64,000 nt of DNA from NCBI GenBank assembly GCA_965223415.1, contig OZ245002.1:2784001-2848000 (forward strand). The letters are read 5' to 3'. Made by a program: the position numbers and the translations under genes. Shown here in pieces: positions 1 to 11,529 of this stretch. Position 1 is the stretch's first letter; every line of letters begins with the position of its first letter. This DNA is from Myxococcota bacterium (lineage in GTDB: Bacteria > Myxococcota_A > UBA9160 > UBA6930). Below the pieces are notes generated by a model. That model worked only from the letters and a program-made list of their open reading frames with translations, ran no database searches and was not told the origin of the DNA.

Positions 1-40
1 CGTCGCGGAGGGTGGGAATGAACGCCTGACTCCAGCGCAC
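1..40 (-). CDS. proS: Proline--tRNA ligase, 5' end only (runs off the window)
   Basis: GTG at 40 preceded by a GGAG RBS; translates MRWSQAFIPTLRD, the typical ProRS N-terminus. Only 13 codons are visible. Confidence 0.75.
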   Translation of the reverse strand, partial: MRWSQAFIPTLRD

Positions 41-83
41 GGCGCGTCTCCTGGCGGCTTGCGGGTGGGAGGATCGTCCGAGG

Positions 84-953
84 CTACCCGCCGATCGGCG
101 TCCCCGCCTCCTCCGTGAGGCGCACGAACGCCCGGGAGAGCTCGTCCATCACCGGGCGTTGCCCGTTGCCGATGGGTCGGCCGTCGAAGGAGCCGACCGG
201 CACGATCCGTGCGCCGCTGCCCGAGAGGAAGACCTCGTCCGCGGCGAAGAGGTCGAACCGCCCGAGCCTCCGCACCTCGGCGGCGATGCCCTCTTGCGCC
301 GCCAGCTCCAGAAGGCTGCGACGCGTGATGCCCTCGAGCGCCCCGTCGGTGGCCGGCGGCGTCACCAGGACGCCGTCGCGCACGGCGAAGACATTGGCCA
401 CGGAGGCCTCGGCCACGTGGCCTCCGGTGTTCAGCAGGAGGGCCTCGTCGGCGCCCCGCTGGCGGGCCTCGAGCTTGGCGAGGGCGCTTCCGAGGTAGTT
501 CAGGCTCTTGACCCGCGGGTCGAGCACGTCGGCCGGCGGCCGCCGCCAGCTCGAGGTCACGAGCGCGATGCCTTCCCTGAGCTTCTCCTCCGGGTAGATC
601 CGCACTTCGTCGGCGATGCAGACGATGCGGGCGCGCGGGCAGGTGGTGGGATCGACGCCGAGGGCACCTTCGCCCCGGGAGACGATCAGGCGCAGGTAGG
701 CCTCGTCCCGCCCGAAAGCGCGGGCCGTCGCGAGGGTCGCCTCGCGGGCCGCTTCGATCCCGCCCGGGATGTCCAGGGCCAGGGCACGAGCCGCCGTCGC
801 GAGACGGACCAAGTGGTCCTCGAGGCGGAAGATCTTCCGGTGGTAGACCCGCATGCCCTCGAAGACGCCGTCGCCGTAGAGGAAGCCGTGATCGGTCACC
901 GGGATGCGCGCGTCCTCGGGCGCAACGATCCCACCGTCGAGCCACACCTTCAC
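84..953 (-). CDS. ilvE: Branched-chain amino acid aminotransferase (class IV PLP)
   Basis: MKVWLDG...DHGFLYGDGVFEG, VKSLNY, EASVANVF and LEGITR motifs. The GTG start overlaps the IclR stop (GTGA at 950-953). Confidence 0.9.
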   Translation of the reverse strand: MKVWLDGGIVAPEDARIPVTDHGFLYGDGVFEGMRVYHRKIFRLEDHLVRLATAARALALDIPGGIEAAREATLATARAFGRDEAYLRLIVSRGEGALGVDPTTCPRARIVCIADEVRIYPEEKLREGIALVTSSWRRPPADVLDPRVKSLNYLGSALAKLEARQRGADEALLLNTGGHVAEASVANVFAVRDGVLVTPPATDGALEGITRRSLLELAAQEGIAAEVRRLGRFDLFAADEVFLSGSGARIVPVGSFDGRPIGNGQRPVMDELSRAFVRLTEEAGTPIGG

Positions 954-1720
954 GAGCCCGCCTCCCGGATGCGCGGGCGGGGCGCGCGCAGCCGCTCCTC
1001 GATGCGTCCGGCGGCGACGCGCAGGCGTTGGACCAGGGGCATCGCTCCGAGTCGCTCGATCTGCTCCGAGGCGGCGGCGACCGCGAGAGCGGCCTCGAGC
1101 CGCTGCCCGTTCCAGAGCGGCACCGCCACGACGGACATCCCGGGGATCCACTCGCCGCGGTTCTCCGCCCACCCGCGCAGGCGCACGCGGCGCACCTCCG
1201 TCTCCAGGGCGGCGTGGCTCGTCGCGGTGCGGTCGGTGAAGGGCTCGAGCGCACTTCCGCCCAGGGCCACGGCACCCGGCGCGAACGCCAGCACGAGCTT
1301 GCCGATGGCGGTGGCGTGCACGGGGATGCCCTCGCCCACCCGCGGTGCCGCCCGCAGGAAGCCGGTCCCCTCGACCTGGTCCAGCACGAGGATGCGGCCC
1401 GCCCGCGGCCCGGCCAGGAACACCGTCTCCCCGAGCTCGCCCGCCGCGGCCTCCAGCTCGGGACGGGCGAGGGACAGCAGCGGATCCCGCTCCAGCTGGG
1501 CCAGCCCGAGCGCCACGAGGGCGGAGCCCGTGCGGTAGCGCCGCCGATCGTCCTGCTCCACGAGCCCCCGGCGCGCCAGGGAGGTGAGCAGGCGGTGGGT
1601 CGTGGACTTCCCGAGCCCGAGGGTCCGGGCCAGGGCAGTGACGCCAGCGGGCTCCTGGGCCGTGCTGAGCGCGAACAGCAGATCGACCGCGTTGTCGACT
1701 GTCGAGAGAGTTTGTTCCAT
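950..1720 (-). CDS. IclR-family transcriptional regulator
   Basis: N-terminal HTH (GVTALARTLGLGKSTTHRLL) and IclR effector domain (PVHATAIGK, VRLRGWA, VAVP). Confidence 0.92.
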   Translation of the reverse strand: MEQTLSTVDNAVDLLFALSTAQEPAGVTALARTLGLGKSTTHRLLTSLARRGLVEQDDRRRYRTGSALVALGLAQLERDPLLSLARPELEAAAGELGETVFLAGPRAGRILVLDQVEGTGFLRAAPRVGEGIPVHATAIGKLVLAFAPGAVALGGSALEPFTDRTATSHAALETEVRRVRLRGWAENRGEWIPGMSVVAVPLWNGQRLEAALAVAAASEQIERLGAMPLVQRLRVAAGRIEERLRAPRPRIREAGS

Positions 1721-1732
1721 ATACCGGTCTCA

Positions 1733-1780
1733 TGTCCTTTTTAATGGGACAATTGTACGGCCGAGGCCCGGTGGGGTCAA
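1733..1780 (-). promoter_or_regulatory. Sigma70 promoter (TTGACC-N17-TACAAT) with overlapping palindromic operator TGTCC-N9-GGACA, probably IclR autoregulation
   Basis: -35 at 1780-1775 and -10 at 1757-1752 on the minus strand; AT-rich inverted repeat at 1733-1751 over the predicted start site. Confidence 0.7.
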
Positions 1781-1892
1781 ATCCTTTCGCCCCCAGAGCC
1801 CACCGGCTAGGATCGACCGACCGGCGCTGCGCTCTCCCCCGGGCAGGCCACCGTGTCCCCCGGCCCACCAACCACCAGAGGCGTAAGCGTAC

Positions 1893-3047
1893 GTGGCGGA
1901 CTTCGAGCGCATCGAGAATGCATCCGAACTCGAAGCGCTGGCTCGGGAGCTGCTGAAGCAGAAGGTGGTCGCCTTCGATACGGAGGCGGACAGCTTCTAC
2001 CACTACTTCGACAAGACCTGTCTGGTGCAGGTCGCGACGAAGCGGCGCATCTACCTGATCGATCCGCTCGCCCTCGGGGGCCCGGCGGAGCTCCAGCCGC
2101 TCGCACCGGTGATGGCGTCGCCGGACATCCGCAAGATCTTCCACGCCGCCGAGTACGACCTGTTCGTCCTGAAGCGCGATTGCGGCTTCACCTTCGCGAG
2201 CCTCTTCGACACGATGATCAGTGCCCAGCTTCTGGGATACCCGGCCATCGGACTGGCGGCGCTGATCGAGCGCCACTTCGAGATCAAGCTGCCCAAGGAC
2301 GAGCAGCGCTCGGATTGGTCGGCCCGCCCGCTCCGGGACAGCCAGCTCACCTACGCCGCGGCGGACGTCACCCATCTGATTCCGTTGGCGAAGCTGCTGG
2401 AGAAGGAGCTCAAGAAGGCCGGCCGGCTGGACTGGGCCCAGGAGGAGTTCGAGACCCTCACCCAACGCCAGTGGCCCGAGCGGGAGTTCGACCGGCTGGG
2501 CTACCTGCGCATCAAGGGCGCCCGCGCCCTGGATCCCAAGGCGCTGTCGGTGTTGCGCGAGCTCTATCTAGTGCGCGACAAGCGCGCGCGGGACATCGAC
2601 CGGCCGCCGTTCAAGGTGCTGGGCAACCGCGCACTGCTCGAGATCGCCGAGCGCATGCCGCGGACGGATGCCGCGCTGAGCAAGGTGAAGGGCGTCACGG
2701 ACCTGATCCTCCGGCGCTTCGGCCGCGAGATCCTCGCCGCGGTCGAGCGTGGCGCCCAGAAGAACCACGGCCCGGTTCCGAAGAAGATGGGCGGCAACGG
2801 CTCCGGCCGCCGCCGCATGGACCGCACGACCGAGAAACGGGTGGCAGCCCTCAAGCGTTGGCGCACCGGCCGCGCCAAGGACCTGGCGATGGATCCCGGC
2901 GTGCTGTGCCCGAACGCGACCCTCGAGACGATCGCGTGGAAGAAGCCGAAGCAGGCCTCGGAGCTCGAAGGCCTTCCGGGCGTGAAGGGCTGGTTCGCCC
3001 GCAACTTCGGCAGCGAGATCGTCGAGGCGCTCGAGGCCGACGGGTAG
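1893..3047 (+). CDS. rnd: Ribonuclease D (DEDD exonuclease with two HRDC domains)
   Basis: AFDTE, KIFHAAEYD, LFDT, SDWSARPL and YAAADV motifs; C-terminal HRDC-like repeats. Confidence 0.92.
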   Translation: MADFERIENASELEALARELLKQKVVAFDTEADSFYHYFDKTCLVQVATKRRIYLIDPLALGGPAELQPLAPVMASPDIRKIFHAAEYDLFVLKRDCGFTFASLFDTMISAQLLGYPAIGLAALIERHFEIKLPKDEQRSDWSARPLRDSQLTYAAADVTHLIPLAKLLEKELKKAGRLDWAQEEFETLTQRQWPEREFDRLGYLRIKGARALDPKALSVLRELYLVRDKRARDIDRPPFKVLGNRALLEIAERMPRTDAALSKVKGVTDLILRRFGREILAAVERGAQKNHGPVPKKMGGNGSGRRRMDRTTEKRVAALKRWRTGRAKDLAMDPGVLCPNATLETIAWKKPKQASELEGLPGVKGWFARNFGSEIVEALEADG

Positions 3048-3086
3048 GGGCCCGTACGCGGGACGTCTCGTGCGGAGACCGGGGCG

Positions 3087-3278
3087 GGGCCGGGTGCGGG
3101 TGCTTGCGCTGGTCTCCTTGGCATCCGGGTGTGCGGGACGGGGCCCTCTCCTTGCCCGAGAGTCGGCGGCGGGGATGGATGGAGCTCCAGGGCCTCTGGA
3201 GGGCCCTGGCGAGGCGTTCGGGTAGGACGGCGCCGCATGGCGGGATCCGTCGCTCGCTCCAGCACCCGCACCCGGCCC
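3087..3278. repeat. Long imperfect hairpin bounded by an 18-bp perfect inverted repeat (REP/MITE-like)
   Basis: gggccgggtgcgggtgct (3087-3104) / agcacccgcacccggccc (3261-3278), with an internal hairpin ccagggcc..ggccctgg at ~3187-3209. Confidence 0.55.
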
Positions 3279-3509
3279 GAGGACCGGCTCGTCAGGCCGT
3301 TCGGGGTGAAGAGCGCGGAGGGCGCGAGCCCTCCCGGCGCAAGCCCAGCGAGCCTTGCGGCCGGTGCGATGAGGCGAGCGCAGCGACGTCCTGATTCCGG
3401 CACCCGACCGAAGACGGCGAGCGAGCGAGAGCCCGGAGGGCGCGTGCCCCTCCGAGAGCAAGCCCTGCCGGGGCGCGCAGTGAGCCGAAGGCGAACGAAG
3501 AATCACGAC

Positions 3510-3547
3510 AAAAAGGAAAAGGCCCTCCGGAACTTCCGGAGGGCCTT
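3510..3547 (-). terminator. Rho-independent terminator, minus strand
   Basis: Perfect stem aaggccctccgga/tccggagggcctt (3519-3547) followed on the minus strand by UUUUCCUUUUU. Confidence 0.85.
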
Positions 3548-3700
3548 CGATCAACCTGGAGTCTTGGCGTTGGCCGAGTCAGGCGGGGTGCCGTTCTGGG
3601 GGAAAGCGCCTTAGCAGACTCGGTTACTCCTCGACTCGGGATTCGAAGGTCTGCGCGCCCGATGAGACCGTTCGATTCCCATTCCAGGTTGGCTCCACGC
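3510..3700 (-). ncRNA. Putative structured small RNA (~190 nt), family unassigned
   Basis: Closing helix 3552-3560/3683-3691 with hairpins at 3638-3680 and 3574-3623; flanked by a sigma54-like promoter and an intrinsic terminator; no credible CDS. Confidence 0.65.
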
Positions 3701-3710
3701 TGTTGGGTAT

Positions 3711-3727
3711 TACACGTGGCGTGCCAA
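3711..3727 (-). promoter_or_regulatory. Sigma54-type -24/-12 promoter
   Basis: TTGGCACGCCACGTGTA versus consensus TGGCACG-N4-TTGC: perfect -24 element, GG-N10-GT spacing, non-consensus -12. Confidence 0.6.
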
Positions 3728-3753
3728 CCCGCAGGGTCGGCGCCGACCCGCCC

Positions 3754-3766
3754 CAACTCATTGATT
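3754..3766 (-). promoter_or_regulatory. IHF binding site
   Basis: AATCAATGAGTTG matches WATCAANNNNTTR exactly and lies ~30 bp upstream of the -24 element. Confidence 0.65.
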
Positions 3767-3982
3767 TTGCTTGGTTTCTTCGCCAGCCGGGCCGAGAGCA
3801 GGATCGCGGAGGCTGCCGCCGGATGATGCAGGCGTGAGCCCCGCGGATTCGGGGCCCCGGGGTAAAACTAGTGGTGCCGCACCGGGTTGCGCCCCCGCAG
3901 GCCAGTGCCACATGCGTTGGCGGCGCCACTCCGGGCGGCACGGTCTCGTTCCCGGGGCGGCAGGCGTTATCCTGCACGCCTC

Positions 3983-5287
<1,305 letters not shown>

Positions 5288-5299
5288 TCAGGAGACGGA

Positions 5300-7255
<1,956 letters not shown>

Positions 7256-7265
7256 CGGGCGGCCC

Positions 7266-8105
7266 ATGAGCGAGCTCGCCCGGCTGCTCGAGCGCGAGCC
7301 TCCGCGCCCGTGGGCGTGCGGCGGGAAGATCCCCTGGAACGAGCCGGGCTTCAGCGAGCGGATGCTGCGGGAGCACCTCTCGCAGGTGCACGACGCTGCG
7401 AGCCGTCGGGCCGAGCGCATCGACGCCCACGTGGCGTGGATCCACGCGCGATGGCTGGCGGACGGAGCGAAGCGCGTGCTCGATCTCGGCTGCGGGCCGG
7501 GTCTCTACACCGAGCGCCTCGCCCGCCACGGCCACCGCTGCGTCGGCGTGGACTTCTCGCCGGCGTCGGTCGCCTACGCGAGGAGGCAGGCCGAGACGCT
7601 GGGGCTCGAATGCCGGTACCTCGAGGCAGACCTGCGCACGGCCGATCCCGGCACGGGCTTCGACCTCGCGCTGCTCGTGTTCGGCGAGCTGAACGCGTTC
7701 CCACCCGAGGAGGCCCGGGAGATCCTCCATCGCGCCCGGTCGTCCCTCGTCGCGGGCGGAGCCCTGCTGCTCGAGGTGCATGACCCGGCGTACGTCCATC
7801 GCATCGGGCGAGCGGAGCCCAGCTGGAGTACGGCCGCTTCCGGGCTCTTCTCCGACGCCCCGCATCTCCGGCTCGAGGAGTGTGCCTGGGACGAGGACGA
7901 GCAGGCCTCGGTGGAGCGCTACCTGGTCGTCGACCTGGCCAGCGGAATGGTGTCGGAGTACGCGAGCACCCTGCAGGCCTATCCGGACGACGCACTTCGG
8001 GACATGCTGCGCGAAGCGGGGTTCGCGGATGTCGAACCCTTCCCTTCCCTCACGGGAGAGGCTGCGGCCCCCCACGACGGACTGCACGTCCTGGCCGCGG
8101 CGTGA
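7266..8105 (+). CDS. Class I SAM-dependent methyltransferase
   Basis: VLDLGCGPG and GVDFS motifs. Confidence 0.85.
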   Translation: MSELARLLEREPPRPWACGGKIPWNEPGFSERMLREHLSQVHDAASRRAERIDAHVAWIHARWLADGAKRVLDLGCGPGLYTERLARHGHRCVGVDFSPASVAYARRQAETLGLECRYLEADLRTADPGTGFDLALLVFGELNAFPPEEAREILHRARSSLVAGGALLLEVHDPAYVHRIGRAEPSWSTAASGLFSDAPHLRLEECAWDEDEQASVERYLVVDLASGMVSEYASTLQAYPDDALRDMLREAGFADVEPFPSLTGEAAAPHDGLHVLAAA

Positions 8106-8156
8106 ACGGATCGTTTCCCGGCGTGCCGGCTTCCGGGGGCGGCTAACGTTGGAGCC

Positions 8157-8780
8157 ATGAGGATCCACGACTTCCCGCTCGCTCCGAACCCCCGCAAGCT
8201 GCGGACCTACCTGGGCGAGAAGGGCCTCGAGATCCGGTTCGTGCTGGTGAACCTGATCAAGGGCGAGCACAAACGGCGGGAGTTCCTGGCCATGAACCCG
8301 ATGGGCAGCGTGCCCGTGCTCGAGCTCGACGACGGCAGCTTCCTCACGGAATCCCTCGCCATCATCGAGTACCTGGAGGAGCTCCACCCGGAGCCGCCCA
8401 TGATCGGCACCACCCCGCTGGAGCGCGCCCGGGTGCGGCGCCTCGAGCGCCTGGCCGAGCTGGGCGTGCTGTTCCGGACGGCCCAGTACGTTCACGCGTC
8501 GAAATCCCCACTCCCCGGCGTGGAGCCGCGGCCGGAGGTGGCCGCCCACATGCTGGCCCAGCTCCCGACCTTCCTCGGCCTTCTCGACGCGGAGGTGGGC
8601 GATCGCCCCTTCGTCGCCGGCGACCGCCCCACCATCGCCGACTGCACGCTCTTCGCCGCGTTCGAGTTCGGGAAGTTCGGAGGGCTCGAGCTGGCGGAGG
8701 TGGGCGACGGCTTCCCCAACCTGAAGCGCTGGCACGCTGCCTTCTCGCAGCGTCCCAGCGCCCAGGTCTCGTTCCCTTGA
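8157..8780 (+). CDS. Glutathione S-transferase family protein
   Basis: APNPRK, NPMGSVPVL, ESLAIIEYL and TIADC motifs. Confidence 0.9.
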   Translation: MRIHDFPLAPNPRKLRTYLGEKGLEIRFVLVNLIKGEHKRREFLAMNPMGSVPVLELDDGSFLTESLAIIEYLEELHPEPPMIGTTPLERARVRRLERLAELGVLFRTAQYVHASKSPLPGVEPRPEVAAHMLAQLPTFLGLLDAEVGDRPFVAGDRPTIADCTLFAAFEFGKFGGLELAEVGDGFPNLKRWHAAFSQRPSAQVSFP

Positions 8781-8793
8781 AGGGCGGAGACGC

Positions 8794-9990
8794 CTACTCG
8801 TAGACGATGCCCTTCTTCGCGGCCTGCTCCTTCACGGCCTCGAAGACCTTGGCGTCGAAGCCTTCGACGCGGCCGGCGGCGCGCTGGCGCTCGGTCTCGG
8901 CGCGCACCCACGCATCGCGTTTACCCGCGAGCGCGTCGATCTCTTCCTGGATGCGCTCGCGCTCCTCGAGCTTCTGCTGCACGAAGGCGCCCTGCTCGGC
9001 GGGCGACATCGCGCGCATCGGCGCGGGCAGCGCCTCGGGGGCGACGGCCTCGAGCTCGAGGCCGTCCTTGAACGCGTCGACCAGATCGCTCATGCCCGAT
9101 ATCGCCCGCTTGCCGCTCTTCGCCAGGTAGGAGAGCCGCGAGGCGGCGGCGGGCGCGTCGGCCTCGACCGAGTTCTTCACCTTCTCCTCCATGGCCATGC
9201 GGTCGTCGGCGGAGCCGTAGGAGACGACCGTGGAGGCGAGGGCGCGGTTCAGCCGCGCCAGCTCGTCGTCCATGGGCGTGGCCAGCGCCACCATGCCGCC
9301 GTCCTGGGCGATGGCCGCGAACTGCCCGAGGCCGATCGAGGCGATCTCGCGCCACACCGGCGTGGTGTTCGGCTGGGCACCGCACTGCACGGTGTTGAGC
9401 ATGATGCCCCTCTGCTTGGCGAGGCGGGCCGTCTCCGCGTAGGGGACGTCCTGGGCGTAGTCCATGTGCGGCGGGGCGTCGCCGACCAGGAAGATCACGC
9501 GGTAGACGCCCTCCCCGGTGCTCCAGGACAGGTCGTTCACGGCCTCGTGCAGCGCCTGGTTGACCGATTCCGGCGTATCGCCGCCGCCCTGGGCCTGGAA
9601 GCCGCGCAGCTTCGCGTAGATGGCGTCGATGTCGTCGGTGAGGTCAAAGCGCCGGGTCACATAGGCGTCGCCGCGATCGCGGTAGCCGATGAGCGCGATG
9701 CGCACGTCCGCACCCTGCTGGGAGCTGGCCATCTGGTTGGCGATCGACCAGATCTTCTGCTTGGCGCCCTCGATCAGGCCGGACATGGAGCCGGTGGTGT
9801 CGAGCACGAAGGCCACCTCGATGCGGGCGTCGGGGGCCGGCACCACGTGCACGGGCTCGATCGGCGGCACCGGATCCACGTGGGCGGCGCTCTTGGCACG
9901 GGCGTGGGCCACGGCCAGGGTGGCTGCGGCGAGCAGCGCCACCAGGCCGAGCTGGTGGAGGCGAGTGAAGCGGGGCTTGCGTTCCTGCAT
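8794..9990 (-). CDS. Secreted VWA-domain protein
   Basis: Signal-like N-terminus, MIDAS DTTGSM, GGGDTPE and LVGDAPPH. Start ATG 9990. Confidence 0.85.
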   Translation of the reverse strand: MQERKPRFTRLHQLGLVALLAAATLAVAHARAKSAAHVDPVPPIEPVHVVPAPDARIEVAFVLDTTGSMSGLIEGAKQKIWSIANQMASSQQGADVRIALIGYRDRGDAYVTRRFDLTDDIDAIYAKLRGFQAQGGGDTPESVNQALHEAVNDLSWSTGEGVYRVIFLVGDAPPHMDYAQDVPYAETARLAKQRGIMLNTVQCGAQPNTTPVWREIASIGLGQFAAIAQDGGMVALATPMDDELARLNRALASTVVSYGSADDRMAMEEKVKNSVEADAPAAASRLSYLAKSGKRAISGMSDLVDAFKDGLELEAVAPEALPAPMRAMSPAEQGAFVQQKLEERERIQEEIDALAGKRDAWVRAETERQRAAGRVEGFDAKVFEAVKEQAAKKGIVYE

Positions 9991-10162
9991 GGTTCGGGTC
10001 CTCGGTTCTCGTTGGGTGTGGGGGCTGGGATTCGACGTCGAGCCTATGGGCCCCTTCGGTGGGTTGCTGTAAAGGCCCGGTAAATCCACGCCCGACGGCG
10101 GCCGAGGCTCCGGGAATCGCGGACTTGCGGCGCCCGCCTGCGCCTCCGAAGCTCCCGCCACC

Positions 10163-11449
10163 GTGGACCGCCCTGCGCTCGGACTCGATTTCGGCACCAC
10201 GAACAGCGCGATCGCCCTGGTCGACGGCGAGGGGCGCTCCCGACTCGCGCGCTTCGATGCCGACGACGGACCCACCGAGACCTTCCGCTCGGTCCTCTAC
10301 TTCGAGGAGGACGAGGACGACGGGCGCACCCATGTGCACGCCGGGCCGAACGCCATCGCGCGCTACCTGACGAGCGAGGAGAAGAACGGGCGCCTCGTGC
10401 AGTCGCTGAAGTCGTTCCTGGCGAGCCGGCTCTTCTCCGCCACCAACGTGATGGGCCGGGTCTACCGGCTGGAGGACCTGATCGCGCTGCTGCTGCGGCC
10501 GCTGCGCGAGCAGGCGGAGGAGCGTTTCGGGGTGGCCGTCGAGCGAGTCGTGGCGGGGCGGCCCGTGCGCTTCGTGGGCGCGGAGTCGGACGAGGACGAG
10601 GAGCTGGCGATGACGCGGCTCACCGCCGCGCTGCACAACGCCGGCTTCCGGCACGTGACCTTCGAGTACGAGCCAGTGGGTGCGGCCTACCACTACGAGC
10701 AGGGCTTGGAGCGCGACGAGCTGATCCTGATCGCCGACTTCGGCGGCGGGACCAGCGATTTCTCGCTGCTGCGGGTCGGTCCCTCCTTCGCGGGAGAGGG
10801 CCGGCGCGCGGAGTCGATCCTCGGACACGACGGGGTCGGCCTGGCCGGCGACGCCTTCGACGGCAAGCTGGTGCGCCACCTGGTCGCGCCGCGTCTCGGC
10901 CGCGGGGCCGAGTTCCGCTCGATGATGGGACGCGTGCTGCCGGTGCCCGCGTGGATCTACGGGCACCTCGAGCGCTGGCACCACGTCTCGCTGCTCAAGT
11001 CCCGCAAGACCCTGCAGCTGCTCCTCGACCTCCGCCGGGAGGCCCTCGAGCCCGAGAAGCTCGAAGCGCTGATCCACGTGGTGCGCTCCGACCTGGGGTT
11101 CCTGCTCTACCGCGCGACCGAGCACGCCAAGCGCACGCTCTCGGACGAGGCCAGGGCGACCTTTCGCTTCCAGCACGAGCACGTGGGCATCGCGGCGCTG
11201 GTGCCGCGCACCCGCTTCGAGGAGTGGATCGCGGAGGAGCTCGTGCGCATCGAGGCGTGTGTGGACGGCCTCCTCGAGCGCAGCGGCATCGCGCCGGGCG
11301 AGGTCGACCGCGTCTTCCTCACCGGCGGCTCGTCCTTCGTCCCCGCCGTCCGCGCCCTCTTCCTGTCGCGCTTCGGCGAGGCCCGCGTGACCAGCGGCGC
11401 CGAGCTCACCTCCGTCGCCAGCGGCCTGGCCCTCCGCGCCGCCGAGTGA
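10163..11449 (+). CDS. Hsp70-family protein (YegD-like)
   Basis: GLDFGTTNS, EPVGAA, DFGGGTSD and FLTGGSS motifs; no substrate-binding domain. Confidence 0.88.
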   Translation: MDRPALGLDFGTTNSAIALVDGEGRSRLARFDADDGPTETFRSVLYFEEDEDDGRTHVHAGPNAIARYLTSEEKNGRLVQSLKSFLASRLFSATNVMGRVYRLEDLIALLLRPLREQAEERFGVAVERVVAGRPVRFVGAESDEDEELAMTRLTAALHNAGFRHVTFEYEPVGAAYHYEQGLERDELILIADFGGGTSDFSLLRVGPSFAGEGRRAESILGHDGVGLAGDAFDGKLVRHLVAPRLGRGAEFRSMMGRVLPVPAWIYGHLERWHHVSLLKSRKTLQLLLDLRREALEPEKLEALIHVVRSDLGFLLYRATEHAKRTLSDEARATFRFQHEHVGIAALVPRTRFEEWIAEELVRIEACVDGLLERSGIAPGEVDRVFLTGGSSFVPAVRALFLSRFGEARVTSGAELTSVASGLALRAAE

Positions 11450-11529
11450 AGAAACGGGGCCAGAGTTAAGAATTCAGTTACGCCCCCTTGGGGCGTAACT
11501 GAATTCTTAACTCTGGCCCCGTTTCTTCA
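11447..11529. repeat. Perfect palindrome with 40-bp arms (REP/MITE-like), copy 1
   Basis: Arms at 11447-11486 and 11490-11529 with a 3-nt loop; includes both convergent TGA stops; arms shared with the copy at 41112. Confidence 0.9.

Noticed and set aside
84..2465. 793-aa fusion ORF ending in ilvE
   Set aside because: The upstream part overlaps IclR out of frame and rnd antisense; the real start is GTG 953.
3630..3690. tRNA suggested by T-loop-like GTTCGATTCC (+) and TTCGAATCCC (-)
   Set aside because: No pairing T-stem or cloverleaf; the two motifs simply pair with each other in one hairpin.
3552..3691. 6S RNA, SRP RNA, RNase P, tmRNA or a riboswitch
   Set aside because: Branched rather than rod-like fold, no hallmark motifs recognised and no downstream CDS to regulate. 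An Rfam scan is still needed.
3611..3697. Short minus-strand ORFs (MGIERSH..., MEPTWNG...) inside the candidate sRNA
   Set aside because: Only 23-24 codons, weak RBS context and atypical codon usage; cannot be excluded without Ribo-seq.
8794..11449. VWA plus Hsp70-like genes as a defence or conflict system
   Set aside because: They are divergently transcribed, and both are ordinary stand-alone families with no effector or partner genes nearby.
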